Shown: positions 50,623 to 61,434, counted from the stretch's first letter. The stretch: DNA of 64,000 bases from Promethearchaeota archaeon (GCA_048937405.1 JBHLNF010000001.1:352001-416000), one strand, 5' to 3'. Numbers and translations: made by a program. Notes: a model not told the origin generated them from the sequence alone.

Positions 50623-52560
50623 GTGATATTTTTACAAGCACTAAGAAACGAAGATTCACTCAGCTTGCAAACTGGATCATCAATAATTATCTTTATTATT
50701 ATATTATTCTTAATTTATCTAACAAATTTTTATAGCTTTCTATTGTTCCATACCATAGCAGAATTATTTAGTATAGCTATAGCATTTGGAGTTTTTGCTA
50801 TAGGTTGGAATACCAGAAAAAACATAGAAAACTCTCTATTCTTGATTCTAGGGGTTAGTTTAGCCTTTATAGGATTATTAGATCTTGTTCATACTTTAGC
50901 ATATAAAGGATTGGATATATTTAGAGGTTATGATGCCAATTTGCCTACTCAATTATGGATTGCTGCAAGATATCTTCAAGCAGGTTCCTTTTTTATAGCA
51001 GTAATGTTATTTAATAAAAAAATTAATCCAAATCAATTAGTTATTTTTTATACGATTGTAGTTTGTGTTTTACTTTTATTGATTTTCTCAGAGATTTTTC
51101 CAGTCTGTTATATCGAAGGACATGGACTTACGCCATTTAAAATTGTCAGTGAATACGTAATTATCGCTATTTTATTAGGAGTGATAATAAAATTGTATAG
51201 ATTGAGGAAAGAATTTGACCCACTGATGTTCTATCTTATAGTTTTTTCAAATATTTCAACGATTATTGCAGAATTAGCTTTTACTTTTTATATTGGTGTC
51301 ACTGATGTCTCCAATTTAATTGGACACATTTTTAAAATCCTCTCTTTTTACCTTATATACTTAGCAATTATCCAAAAGGGTCTTGAAGATCCCCTTAATA
51401 CATTATTTTCCAAACTAAAACATAGCGAAGAAATTCTTGCTACAAAAGCGGAAGATCTTGAAAGCGCATATTCCCTTATAAAAGAATCGGAAGAAAAATT
51501 CAGACTTACTTTTGAAAATGCTTCAGATGCGTTAATATGGGCGGATGCAAATACTGGAACCATATTAAATTGCAATCATGCAGCAGAAATTCTTCTAGAA
51601 CGTAATAAAGAGGAAATTATTGGGATGGATCAAACATATTTACATCCAACTGAAAAAAGGGAGATTTATAAGAAAATGTTTAGAGATCGCGTAGAATCGG
51701 AAGAACTCTATTCAAATGAAGCAGAAGTAATTACCAAATCCGGAAAAATTATCCCGGTTACAATCTCAGCATCAAATATAGTAATTAGTGGAGAACTGAT
51801 AATCCAAGGAATATTTCATGATATAAGAGAAAGAAAAAAAGCTGAACAGAAATTGAAAAACTTGGTTTCAACAGTTTCTCATGAATTAAGAACTCCCTTG
51901 ACAGTATTAAATATGTCTATGGATCTTTATAAACAACAAAAAAATTCGATGACTCCTGAATTACAAAACAAAATTATCGAAACATGGGATAGAAACATAA
52001 CGCTTCTAAAAGATTTATCTGAAAATATCCTAAATATTTCAAGAATAGATGAAAAAAAGATTGAACTTGAATTGAATAAATTTAAACTACTGAATATAAT
52101 AATGGATATTGTAGTATTCTTAACACCATTTTGTAAACAAAAAAAAGTGAGAATAAATATCGATATTGATAAAAATATAGAGCTAAAAGGAGATATTAAA
52201 AGAATAGATCAAGTTTTCCGTATTATACTTGATAATGCTATTAAATATTCATATGAAAATACTACAATAGAAATTAATGCAATAGACAAATATAGAAGGA
52301 ATTTTGACTCTGCTAATAAAAGTGAGGGTATACTTATTCAATTTAAGAATTATGGTATAGGAATCAGTAAAGAGGATCTTCCTCATATCTTTGAAAGATT
52401 TTATCGTGCTTCCAATGCAGGAGAAATATCTGGAACGGGATTAGGATTATCAATAGCAAAGTCCATCGTCCAACTTCATCAAGGAGAAATATATATTGAA
52501 AGTGAATTAGGTAAAAGCACTACTTTTTCTATATTTTTTCCAAGGTTAAATAAAATATAA
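50623..52560 (+). CDS. Membrane sensor histidine kinase (MASE3-like + PAS + HisKA + HATPase)
   Basis: FHTIAELFS, DLVHTLAYKG, TQLWIAARY; PAS; SHELRTPL; DNAIKYS; FERFYR; GTGLGL. Confidence 0.92.
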   Translation: MIFLQALRNEDSLSLQTGSSIIIFIIILFLIYLTNFYSFLLFHTIAELFSIAIAFGVFAIGWNTRKNIENSLFLILGVSLAFIGLLDLVHTLAYKGLDIFRGYDANLPTQLWIAARYLQAGSFFIAVMLFNKKINPNQLVIFYTIVVCVLLLLIFSEIFPVCYIEGHGLTPFKIVSEYVIIAILLGVIIKLYRLRKEFDPLMFYLIVFSNISTIIAELAFTFYIGVTDVSNLIGHIFKILSFYLIYLAIIQKGLEDPLNTLFSKLKHSEEILATKAEDLESAYSLIKESEEKFRLTFENASDALIWADANTGTILNCNHAAEILLERNKEEIIGMDQTYLHPTEKREIYKKMFRDRVESEELYSNEAEVITKSGKIIPVTISASNIVISGELIIQGIFHDIRERKKAEQKLKNLVSTVSHELRTPLTVLNMSMDLYKQQKNSMTPELQNKIIETWDRNITLLKDLSENILNISRIDEKKIELELNKFKLLNIIMDIVVFLTPFCKQKKVRINIDIDKNIELKGDIKRIDQVFRIILDNAIKYSYENTTIEINAIDKYRRNFDSANKSEGILIQFKNYGIGISKEDLPHIFERFYRASNAGEISGTGLGLSIAKSIVQLHQGEIYIESELGKSTTFSIFFPRLNKI

Positions 52561-52621
52561 AACAAATTATTAATATAATTACAATTAGTATTTTTCCAAT
52601 TAGAGTTGTAGGCGAACTAAT

Positions 52622-53563
52622 ATGCCACCTGTAACAAAACTAATGATACTGGTAGTTGATGATAATAAAGACATCTTATTCAACCTAAGAATTCAATTGG
52701 AAAGCAAAGGATATGAAGTTGAAACAGCATTAAATGGTAAAAATGCGTTAAATGTCCTATCGAAGTTAAAGAATCCTCCTGATTTAATCATTAGCGATAT
52801 TATGATGCCTCAAATGGACGGTTATGAGTTTTTTTCTACGGTTTCAAATAATCCTCAATGGAGTCGTATTCCTTTTTTATTCCTAACCGCGAAATCTACT
52901 CCTGAAGATATAAGATTTGGTAAAATGTTGGGGATTGACGATTACATAACAAAACCTTTTAATAATGAAGATTTATTTGCAACTATCGCAGGAAAGATTG
53001 CTAGACATAAAAAATCTAATCTTATAGATAATGAGATAAAGAAATTATTATCCTCTTTAAATATCAAAACACAACCTTCAATTCCAGCTGGAGATCACAC
53101 ATCCACATGCTTATTTTTAGTATATTGGGATGATGTTTTAGGTCCTATAATAAAGACTCATTATCCTTCCGATAAAGATGTTTCTTTTTCATTACGTTCA
53201 ATAGGTGTTCAGTTATTCCAAGCAGTAATTTCAATTTATGGCCATACTAAAATCACAAGAGCTCAAGGATTTTTGTTAAATATTGAAAATATAAATCAAA
53301 AAGGTTATATCTTTTTTGATTCTTATCCAGATGAAACTGAAAGACATGGAGAAAAACAATACATGATATCTGTTATCTCTCCAAATATTACCTATTTTGA
53401 TTCGCTTGAAATTAAACTTATATTGAAAGAAATTTCTGAAAAAATTAAAAATAAACAAGATTGGGAAATCAAGGAATACTGGGAAAAAGTTATAAGCATA
53501 TTATCAAAAGACTTATTGTTGTTGAATACTCAAAATAGCTCTACATCTAACAAAAATATATAA
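52622..53563 (+). CDS. Response regulator receiver fused to longin/uDENN-like domain
   Basis: REC: VVDD, ISDIMMP, FLTA, KPF; C-terminal VYWDDVLGPIIKTHYP ... DETERHGEKQYMISVIS. Confidence 0.8.
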   Translation: MPPVTKLMILVVDDNKDILFNLRIQLESKGYEVETALNGKNALNVLSKLKNPPDLIISDIMMPQMDGYEFFSTVSNNPQWSRIPFLFLTAKSTPEDIRFGKMLGIDDYITKPFNNEDLFATIAGKIARHKKSNLIDNEIKKLLSSLNIKTQPSIPAGDHTSTCLFLVYWDDVLGPIIKTHYPSDKDVSFSLRSIGVQLFQAVISIYGHTKITRAQGFLLNIENINQKGYIFFDSYPDETERHGEKQYMISVISPNITYFDSLEIKLILKEISEKIKNKQDWEIKEYWEKVISILSKDLLLLNTQNSSTSNKNI

Positions 53564-53704
53564 TTTTATAGATTAAAAATCAATCCAATTTTTTCTTTAG
53601 AAAATAAGTAAGAATTATCAATTTCTTTAATAATCTATAGAAAAAACTTTTAAATCTGCTATTCGGCATCATAATATTTAGATTATTATAATATTTTAAG
53701 TTAA

Positions 53705-54031
53705 ATGGTGAATAATGTGTCAGAAGTAAAAGAAGAAGAAAAGTTGTTAAGATCCCCAGAAGTATGTTCTTGGGCTGATGACGAAGAAAATGTTTATAAA
53801 ATTGAAATTCAATTACCTGGAGTAGAAAAAGATTCAATTAAGCTTAAGATGCACGATGATAGTTTTTTTATTAAAGGAGAGACCGAAGATACAGTATACG
53901 TAGGTTCGTACGGTTTATGTTGTCCTATAAATCCTGAAGAAGCAAAAGCAAATTATAAAAATGGATTATTAAAAATTGAGGTCCCTTTTAAAGAACCTGA
54001 ATTTCATAGTATAGATATAAATATTGAATAA
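53705..54031 (+). CDS. Small heat shock protein Hsp20
   Basis: LPGVEKDSI, AKANYKNGLLKIEVP. Confidence 0.9.
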   Translation: MVNNVSEVKEEEKLLRSPEVCSWADDEENVYKIEIQLPGVEKDSIKLKMHDDSFFIKGETEDTVYVGSYGLCCPINPEEAKANYKNGLLKIEVPFKEPEFHSIDINIE

Positions 54032-54088
54032 ATTACTTTTTTTTCTCTATTTTTTAAATTTAAATGATATTTAGAAATAAAAGTCTAT

Positions 54089-55018
54089 TTAATATTCGAT
54101 ATTCGTTTCTTTAACATAATCAAAAGCTGAATAAGCAGCTATAACACCTTCAGATACTCCTGTAATAGCTTGCTTAAAAGGAGCGTCTGCTACATCTCCC
54201 GCGGCAAAGATTCCCTTAACATTTGTTTCTGATTTCCTGTTAATCAAGATTTCCCCATTTTCATTTGTTTCTACCCCAATTTTCTTAGCTAGATCAGAAT
54301 TAGGAATTGAACCAATATCGATAAATACCCCATCAACTTCCAATTGTTTCCCATTATCAAAATATACCGATCTTACGTTGCCATCCCCTATAATTTCAAT
54401 AACATTGGTTTTATAAATAATTTCAATTATGTCATTTTCTAGAACTCGTTTCTTATTTATAGGTTCTGCTCTAATATCATCTCCGCGATAGATAATATAT
54501 ACTTTTTTTGTATTTTGAGCAAGAAAGAGAGCTTCTTTTGCAGCTGAGTCACTTCCTCCTATTACACAGACTACTTTATCTTTGTAAAAGGGGCCGTCGC
54601 ATGTAGCACAATATGAAACACCTCGTCCTGCAAACTCCTCTTCACCAGGTATACCCAACTTTTTTCTTTCAGATCCAGTAGCAATACAAATACTATATGC
54701 TTTAAATTTTTGGAAAAAGGATTGTAATACAAAATAATCATCCTGTTTTTCAATATTTCGAATTTCATCTGAGATATATGGAATATTTAAAGAATTCATA
54801 TGATCTTTAAACATATCCATTAAACCCTGACCGCTAATACTAGTTATACCTGGATAATTTTCAACGAGATGAGTTGTTGCGATTAATCCTCCAAAAGTCT
54901 TCCCTATGATTAGTACATCCATGGCAAATCGAGCAGCATAGATTGCACATCCAATTGCAGTTGGTCCACCCCCTAAGACGATTAGATCATAGGTTTTTTC
55001 TAAATTAATGTTCTCCAT
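54089..55018 (-). CDS. trxB: Thioredoxin reductase
   Basis: GGGP, VENYPG, IATG, GVSYCATCDG, ETNVKGIFAAGD, QAIT; start moved to ATG 55018. Confidence 0.9.
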   Translation of the reverse strand: MENINLEKTYDLIVLGGGPTAIGCAIYAARFAMDVLIIGKTFGGLIATTHLVENYPGITSISGQGLMDMFKDHMNSLNIPYISDEIRNIEKQDDYFVLQSFFQKFKAYSICIATGSERKKLGIPGEEEFAGRGVSYCATCDGPFYKDKVVCVIGGSDSAAKEALFLAQNTKKVYIIYRGDDIRAEPINKKRVLENDIIEIIYKTNVIEIIGDGNVRSVYFDNGKQLEVDGVFIDIGSIPNSDLAKKIGVETNENGEILINRKSETNVKGIFAAGDVADAPFKQAITGVSEGVIAAYSAFDYVKETNIEY

Positions 55019-55019
55019 A

Positions 55020-55703
55020 TCAATATTGAACACGTATATTACCTCCAATTAAAGCCCTTAATATTTCATTTGGTCCAACCATTCCAACTAAGGTCTTCTG
55101 ATCATTTATTATAGTATAAGGTACACCAGCAGCATCATAATATTGACCAATATCAGGATTTGCCATGATATCAATTATTACAGTTCTAATTTTTCCCTCT
55201 GAAGCAATCGCGAAAGAATTACTAATTGTAATTACCTGAGGGCAATAGGGACAAGTTTCTGTCATCATAATTTTTATAGTTGATGGTTGGATTCTTTCTA
55301 GATTTTGCTTTATTGTAGCTTCATAATAATTGGGAGTTCCAGCAAAGTTAAATATAGCTTGAATAAAAGGTTGAATTTCTCCTCCTTTTGGGGCTGCTAA
55401 ATATCTAATAATCTCACGCCCATTATTATCTATAAAAAGAATTGTTGGTACTCGATTAATATCATACTTTTTTGCAAAATCTGGATTATCATCTATAGAT
55501 AATTCTTCTATAGTTAACATACCATTTGAATTCTCTTCATAAACCCGTAATAAAGCCATAAATTCCCTACAATCCATACAGGCTCTTATTTGAGTCCCAT
55601 CTGATCGTGTTCCTTGTGAAGTGAAGACTTTAAGTGTAACAGGCTTTTTTAATTTAGCCATTTCTCGTCTAATAATTTCTTTATATCGATCGTCTGAAGA
55701 CAT
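55020..55703 (-). CDS. Protein disulfide oxidoreductase (two thioredoxin folds)
   Basis: CMDC and CPYC with cis-Pro loops VP. Confidence 0.85.
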   Translation of the reverse strand: MSSDDRYKEIIRREMAKLKKPVTLKVFTSQGTRSDGTQIRACMDCREFMALLRVYEENSNGMLTIEELSIDDNPDFAKKYDINRVPTILFIDNNGREIIRYLAAPKGGEIQPFIQAIFNFAGTPNYYEATIKQNLERIQPSTIKIMMTETCPYCPQVITISNSFAIASEGKIRTVIIDIMANPDIGQYYDAAGVPYTIINDQKTLVGMVGPNEILRALIGGNIRVQY

Positions 55704-55721
55704 CTTTAAAATTCACCTGTT

Positions 55722-56426
55722 TTATGCATACATTCCTCCAAAATCTCTTTCGCCTTTAGTGAGTTTATCTAATAAATCTTGAGGTGTAAACATACCATAT
55801 ATATGATCCTTCTCATTAATAACTGTGTGAGGAACCCCTTGAACTTGATATTTCATACCGAGATCTGGATTCAAATTAACATCAATTACTTCCGCTGAAA
55901 TCTTTCCCTTAGAAACTATGGCAAATAGAGTTAGAACAGGTACCGTTGCTGGACAATATGGACAAGTTGGAGTTATAAAAATTTTCATCTTTGACTTATC
56001 TATTTTTTTCAAATGAGTAAGGATTTGATCTGCATAATATGGCCTTACTCCTGAAAAATATTGTATACTATTCAGAAATGGTACAAATTCAGAACCTGTT
56101 GGATGTGCTAAATATCGAATAATTTCTCTCTCATTCTGATCAACAAATAATATAGCGGGGATCTTATTTACATTAAATTTATTTGCCTCCTCCTCGTTTT
56201 CTTCAATGGAGATCTCTTCTACTTCTAATTTTCCATTAGAATATTCCTCTAAAATCTTTAATAGTTCAAAACTACCTTCACAAGCCATACATTTTCTTAG
56301 TTTTGATCCATCTTCTTGAGTTCTGAAATCTGTAAATAGTTTTAACACTACTTTATCCTTTAATTTAGCCATTTCTCTTTTAATATTATCTATTTCATTT
56401 TGAGAAAATATCACATAAACACCCAT
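55722..56426 (-). CDS. Protein disulfide oxidoreductase (two thioredoxin folds)
   Basis: CMAC and CPYC; paralog of adjacent gene. Confidence 0.85.
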   Translation of the reverse strand: MGVYVIFSQNEIDNIKREMAKLKDKVVLKLFTDFRTQEDGSKLRKCMACEGSFELLKILEEYSNGKLEVEEISIEENEEEANKFNVNKIPAILFVDQNEREIIRYLAHPTGSEFVPFLNSIQYFSGVRPYYADQILTHLKKIDKSKMKIFITPTCPYCPATVPVLTLFAIVSKGKISAEVIDVNLNPDLGMKYQVQGVPHTVINEKDHIYGMFTPQDLLDKLTKGERDFGGMYA

Positions 56427-56560
56427 TTCTGTTCAATCTATTATGAATATTTGCTTTCACCCTTAAAATAATTTTTCGTTTAAAATATAAAAAAAACATA
56501 ATATGAATTGTTTTTAAATAAAACCTTTTATAATTTGACTAATAAATCAAAAGATAAATT

Positions 56561-57745
56561 TCAAGGTTCTTTTAGATTCTTTTCAATAAATTTCCTAAAA
56601 ATCATAAATAATATTAACCCAATTAGAAAACCAACTACAATATTAATATAAAAACAAAAAATAGCAGAAATTAAAATTATTGGAAAAGTTTTTGAATTAA
56701 ATTCTCTAAAAGCAACTTTTCCTAATAAAAAAGCAGTATAAATTAGCATAGCTCCCAAAATTGCCATAGGAAACTCAGTAAATAATAAAAGCAAAGCTTC
56801 AGAAAAGAATAGTCCCAGAATTAATTCCATTATTCCCTCTAATATCATAGAACCACCAGTTCTAGCCCCAAAAGCATATTGAGCCATTAATCCCCCTGAC
56901 CCATGGCATAGCGGCATTCCTGTAACAAATGGATTGATTAAATTCATTGCTCCCATATTAAAAGCTAAAGTATTAGCATCAATCTTATTATTTTCAGGAA
57001 AAAGTTCTTTAACTAAAACAACAGTAGCAACCATAACATTTGTTAATGTTAAAAATAATTGTGCAATTCCAGCATATAACATTCCCAATAGAAAATTATT
57101 CCATGAAGGTACTTGAAGTATTAAATTAGGGATTCCAAAATTCAAGTCTGAAATAAGTATCTTCCCAGTAATAACTAATATTAAAACTCCACCTAAGGTA
57201 AGAATAATTGCCGAAGGAATTGGTTTATTCTTTATTAAAATCAAGATGATTGAAATAGATATAAAACCAAGATATATATTTTCCTTAAATAATATGATTC
57301 CCGTCCAACCTAAAATAAGAGCCAAGCCGAGTTGAATTCCTCTTACAGCGACGATAGGAACTTTGGTTACGATTTTGTTAAGCTTTTTTGAAAAACCAAG
57401 AAGAAACCATATAAGACCTGTACCAAATCCAGTAGAAATAACCATATTAGGATTCCATTTTTTTGAGATGGCCACAGTACCAATTGTTTTTTGTGGTTGT
57501 ACAGGAAGTGGAAGATTAAATTTAATTCCTAAAATTATATTCGTTATTCCTAAAGTAAGAAAAATTCCTGCTGGGCTTAATCCTACAATTGAGATATATC
57601 CAATTATAAATGGAATTAAAGTACCCCAATCTCCAAATGCACCCCCAAATTCTCTTAAAGTAAATTTTTTATGATTCTTTTCAGTAAATTTTTCAATATC
57701 AAAATTATCAGATTCCAAATTTATCAAATAAATAAAAATTGCCAA
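56561..57745 (-). CDS. MOT1-family molybdate/sulfate transporter
   Basis: GAFGDWGTLIP, PLPVQPQK, MPLCHGSGGLMAQY.FGARTG. Confidence 0.85.
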   Translation of the reverse strand: MAIFIYLINLESDNFDIEKFTEKNHKKFTLREFGGAFGDWGTLIPFIIGYISIVGLSPAGIFLTLGITNIILGIKFNLPLPVQPQKTIGTVAISKKWNPNMVISTGFGTGLIWFLLGFSKKLNKIVTKVPIVAVRGIQLGLALILGWTGIILFKENIYLGFISISIILILIKNKPIPSAIILTLGGVLILVITGKILISDLNFGIPNLILQVPSWNNFLLGMLYAGIAQLFLTLTNVMVATVVLVKELFPENNKIDANTLAFNMGAMNLINPFVTGMPLCHGSGGLMAQYAFGARTGGSMILEGIMELILGLFFSEALLLLFTEFPMAILGAMLIYTAFLLGKVAFREFNSKTFPIILISAIFCFYINIVVGFLIGLILFMIFRKFIEKNLKEP

Positions 57746-57939
57746 AAATAATAAATTTTTTAAAAAGATTTCTCAAAAATTTGAATCAGGGACGTTAATT
57801 TATGCTTGGAAATTAACTTTTTCTCTTTCCATAAATTTAAAAATATTCAATTTATAATTTGTTCAGTTTTAGCTCGATTAAATATATTTGAATAACACAA
57901 TGAATTTATTATTTTATCTACTCATCAAGGAGTATTTCC

Positions 57940-59580
57940 ATGTCGCTTGAAAGTAGATTAAATTTTGAAAAAACCATTTCAAGCATTTCTTCTCGATTTA
58001 TTGGGCGAATAAATCCTGATGAAGCAATAAATTTATCTTTTGAAGACATGGGAACTATATCAAACGCAGATAGAGTCTCTCTTTTTCTTTTTGATGAAGA
58101 TGATAAGATCTTTAAGAATACCCATGAATGGTGCTCAGAAGGAATTAGTTCCCAAATTAAAAACCTCCAAAATGTAGATAGTAAAGTAATTACTTGGTGG
58201 ATTAACCAAGTTGAAAAAATAAGTTTTATTAACATTCGTGATATTTCTACTCTACCAAATAGCGCTCACTCAGTAAAAAGATTTTTGGAATTACAAAATA
58301 TTCAATCATTTTTAGCTTTCCCTATCTATAGTACTGGAATGATTAATGGATTTGTTTGTTTTAGCAAAATAAAAGAAAAAACTCAATGGAAAGGGAAAGA
58401 TTTTGTGATATTAAGAATTTTTGGTCAGAGTCTTGGTGACACAATCGAACGTTTAAATGCGGAAAAAGTGTTAAAAGAGAATCAAGAATTGTTGAGGGCT
58501 ACTTTCGAAGCCACTGCCGATGGAATTCTTGCTATTGACAATAATAACATAATCACTCATTTAAATGAAAGATTCATTTATATGTGGCGCGTTCCTGATG
58601 AGATAATTGATCAAAGAAATTTCACTAAATTAATTAATTATATCATAAAACAGCTAATATATCCAGACAAATTTTTATCAAAATTAAGGAATCTTGAAAA
58701 TTCATCTAAGGATGGTTATGATATGATTTTTTTTAAGGATGGACGAATATTTGAACATTATTCTTGTCCATTAATTCAAGATAGAGAAAAAACAGGAAGG
58801 GTATGGAGTTTCAAAGATATAACTGAACATCAACATGCTGAACAAGAATTAAGAAGATCTGAAAATAGATATCGAGAGGCATATGAAAGAGCAGATTTGT
58901 TTAAAGATGTTTTTACGCACGATATGAATAATGTTTTTCATAATATAAAATCTTCAATAGAACTAATCTCAATTTTGAAAGAAAAATCAAAAAACTTAGA
59001 AAATTTAGACGAGTTTTTTCAAATTATTGATAATCAAATTGAGAGAGGAGTAAAGTTAATTAATAATGTACGCAAAATTTCTAAACTTGATGAAACAGAA
59101 ATATCACTAAAAAGTGTAGATGTTTACAAGGTATTAGATGAAGCATTTCAATTTGCTTATAAAAGTGCCTATGAAAAGAAATTGGATATACAAGTTATTA
59201 AAATTGAAGAGGATCTATTTGTTGAAGCTAATGAGTTTTTGTTAGATGTATTTGAAAACATTCTACATAATGCTATCAAATATAATTATAATGAGCTTGT
59301 AAAAATAACTATTGAAATTACTAAAAGTGTTAGAATTCCTAAGAACTATATTAAAATCGAATTCAAAGATAATGGTATGGGAATTACTGATGAAAAAAAG
59401 AAAGTAATCTTTCAAAAAGGACTTAAAAAAGATAATAAAGTAAGAGGAATGGGAATTGGTTTATCACTTGTAAAAAAAATTATTGAGAGTTATAATGGTG
59501 AAATTTGGGTTGAAAACCGAATACAAAATGACTATTCTAAGGGAAGCAATTTTATAGTTGAAATCCCAGAAGCAAAATAA
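57940..59580 (+). CDS. Cytoplasmic GAF-PAS histidine kinase
   Basis: NTHEWCSEG GAF, PAS, THDMNN, NILHNAIKY, DNGMG, GMGIGL. Confidence 0.9.
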   Translation: MSLESRLNFEKTISSISSRFIGRINPDEAINLSFEDMGTISNADRVSLFLFDEDDKIFKNTHEWCSEGISSQIKNLQNVDSKVITWWINQVEKISFINIRDISTLPNSAHSVKRFLELQNIQSFLAFPIYSTGMINGFVCFSKIKEKTQWKGKDFVILRIFGQSLGDTIERLNAEKVLKENQELLRATFEATADGILAIDNNNIITHLNERFIYMWRVPDEIIDQRNFTKLINYIIKQLIYPDKFLSKLRNLENSSKDGYDMIFFKDGRIFEHYSCPLIQDREKTGRVWSFKDITEHQHAEQELRRSENRYREAYERADLFKDVFTHDMNNVFHNIKSSIELISILKEKSKNLENLDEFFQIIDNQIERGVKLINNVRKISKLDETEISLKSVDVYKVLDEAFQFAYKSAYEKKLDIQVIKIEEDLFVEANEFLLDVFENILHNAIKYNYNELVKITIEITKSVRIPKNYIKIEFKDNGMGITDEKKKVIFQKGLKKDNKVRGMGIGLSLVKKIIESYNGEIWVENRIQNDYSKGSNFIVEIPEAK

Positions 59581-59624
59581 TAAAAAAATAGTTTTAAGAC
59601 TTGAATGAACTTTTTTTATCTGAT

Positions 59625-60605
59625 TTATAGTAGTAATTCAAATAAATCTTTAGCTTTTGGGTGAATTTTGCATATTTTACTGAAACGACGAAGAATCCAC
59701 CAACAGGAAGGACAGTAAGTGGTTACAAAATCAAGATCCTCTCGATTAAAATCAGACATTCGCTTGCGAGCAATCTTTTCTATTATATCAGTTCGTCCCA
59801 TCCAACCAGATCCTCCTCCACAACACCAATGAGGTATATCTACAACTTCATATCCGGTCTTTTTAAGGATATCATCAATAAACTTTTCTACGCCTTCTCG
59901 ACCTCTATTCATTAATTGACATAGGTGTTGTACTCCTACTTTTCCTGATTTACCAGCATTTAAAGGTTTCAAGTAATCAGCAATGTATTTCACATCTGCA
60001 TCTAAACCATCCATCTCATTTTTAAAAAGATAATAGCAAGCAGGACACAAACAAATTATCTCTTTGAATTTTTCTGAATTAAATAAATCTCTATTTTCCT
60101 TCTTACATATTTCATACTCCGCATTCAAACCACTAATTTTTAAATGCCATCCACAACAAATTTCTGATTCTAAAATAGTGAAATCCACGTCGCGTTGGAT
60201 TAAATATTGAAGAGCATGTTCGGTGTATCGGGGAATTCTTATAGTAGAAAGACATCCCATGAAAAAGAGAGTGTCAGATTTACTCGGTATTTCCTTTAAT
60301 CTTTTTATTCGCATCTTATTAGTTGGATATGGGGATCGGTATTTTTCAAAATATTCACGCATTTCATTAATTTCCTCAAATGTATTTCCATCTTCAATAT
60401 ACTTTTGTTTTAATAAAATACGTTCATTTTCTGTCTCGCATTCTCCACAATGAACGCAATTGTAGAGCTTGTAATAATCCTCTGGTTTAAATTTAATTAA
60501 TTCTTGTTTAAAAATCATTTGTTTTACCGACTCATCACTTAAGAAATTAGTTGGATCTACTTCATCTGTAGGATAGTTTTTTCTTCCTTTTATTCGCTCT
60601 TTCAT
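59625..60605 (-). CDS. CCG-domain Fe-S oxidoreductase (HdrD/GlpC-like)
   Basis: CVHCGEC, FFMGC, EICCG, CPAC, HLC, WCCGGG, CPSC. Confidence 0.85.
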   Translation of the reverse strand: MKERIKGRKNYPTDEVDPTNFLSDESVKQMIFKQELIKFKPEDYYKLYNCVHCGECETENERILLKQKYIEDGNTFEEINEMREYFEKYRSPYPTNKMRIKRLKEIPSKSDTLFFMGCLSTIRIPRYTEHALQYLIQRDVDFTILESEICCGWHLKISGLNAEYEICKKENRDLFNSEKFKEIICLCPACYYLFKNEMDGLDADVKYIADYLKPLNAGKSGKVGVQHLCQLMNRGREGVEKFIDDILKKTGYEVVDIPHWCCGGGSGWMGRTDIIEKIARKRMSDFNREDLDFVTTYCPSCWWILRRFSKICKIHPKAKDLFELLL

Positions 60606-60841
60606 CCTAATCAGCTAAGATATTCTTATTTTTTTTTTATTAAAGATTTATATTAACGATAAAAAGATTTTCAAATAAATTTTATTTCATATTAAAATAA
60701 TCAAACTGAATTTTTTATTTATAACATTATATGTTTTAAAATATAAATAAAAAATTCCTATTTAGGGATATAATTAATAAAACTTACTAAGCCTTTATAG
60801 TTCGATTATTATTAAAAAAAAGAAATTCTTGAAGAATTTTA

Positions 60842-60997
60842 TTAATCTTTTTTGATTTTTACATCAGTTCTTTGTACGCCAACTTCCTTATTACTTGGTA
60901 TAGGAGATCCACAATGATCCCTTAACCTTTCACTTTCCTTAAATGCTTTATCAAGTTCTTCTTCTAACTCATCATCAGTTATGTCATTATCTGTCAT
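60842..60997 (-). CDS. Small acidic protein (51 aa)
   Basis: Manual translation MTDNDITDDELEEELDKAFKESERLRDHCGSPIPSNKEVGVQRTDVKIKKD; below the ORF-track cutoff; co-oriented with FTR operon. Confidence 0.5.
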   Translation of the reverse strand: MTDNDITDDELEEELDKAFKESERLRDHCGSPIPSNKEVGVQRTDVKIKKD

Positions 60998-61067
60998 AAT
61001 TTATAAAGAGTAATTGTATTATTTAAGGATTTTATTTATAAATAAAAAAGATAAATAAATTTATGAT

Positions 61068-61433
61068 TCACTTTCTAAGATATTCTAATACTGCCTTTTC
61101 TTTCTCCTCAGGTCTTCTTTCTGGAACAATTATATAATAAGCACCAATAGTTTCGTAATAATCTGGTTTAAGGTATAAATTACAGTAACATGCACCGTAT
61201 TCTTTAATATCCAATGGAGCATAATCGCAAGGACAAATTAAATCTCTATCCAGATCTCGATTACCTGAAGCAAGACGACATGGACAAGATTGATATCCAT
61301 AATTACTCTTATTTTCTACCAAACCAACAATCAGATTATTTAATGTTTCTTGATCTTTATTTAATATCCATTTATTTGTTTCACAGACTTTATTACAATA
61401 TTCCATCATTCCTTTAATAGTCTCCATATCCAT
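61068..61433 (-). CDS. Ferredoxin:thioredoxin reductase catalytic subunit
   Basis: CPC...CPC...CYC motif. Confidence 0.92.
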   Translation of the reverse strand: MDMETIKGMMEYCNKVCETNKWILNKDQETLNNLIVGLVENKSNYGYQSCPCRLASGNRDLDRDLICPCDYAPLDIKEYGACYCNLYLKPDYYETIGAYYIIVPERRPEEKEKAVLEYLRK

Positions 61434-61434
61434 T

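Noticed and set aside
1979-61417. Antisense and nested ORFs in the track (e.g. 12103, 21633, 26610, 47902, 57363, 57918)
   Set aside because: Shadows of well-supported genes on the other strand or frame.
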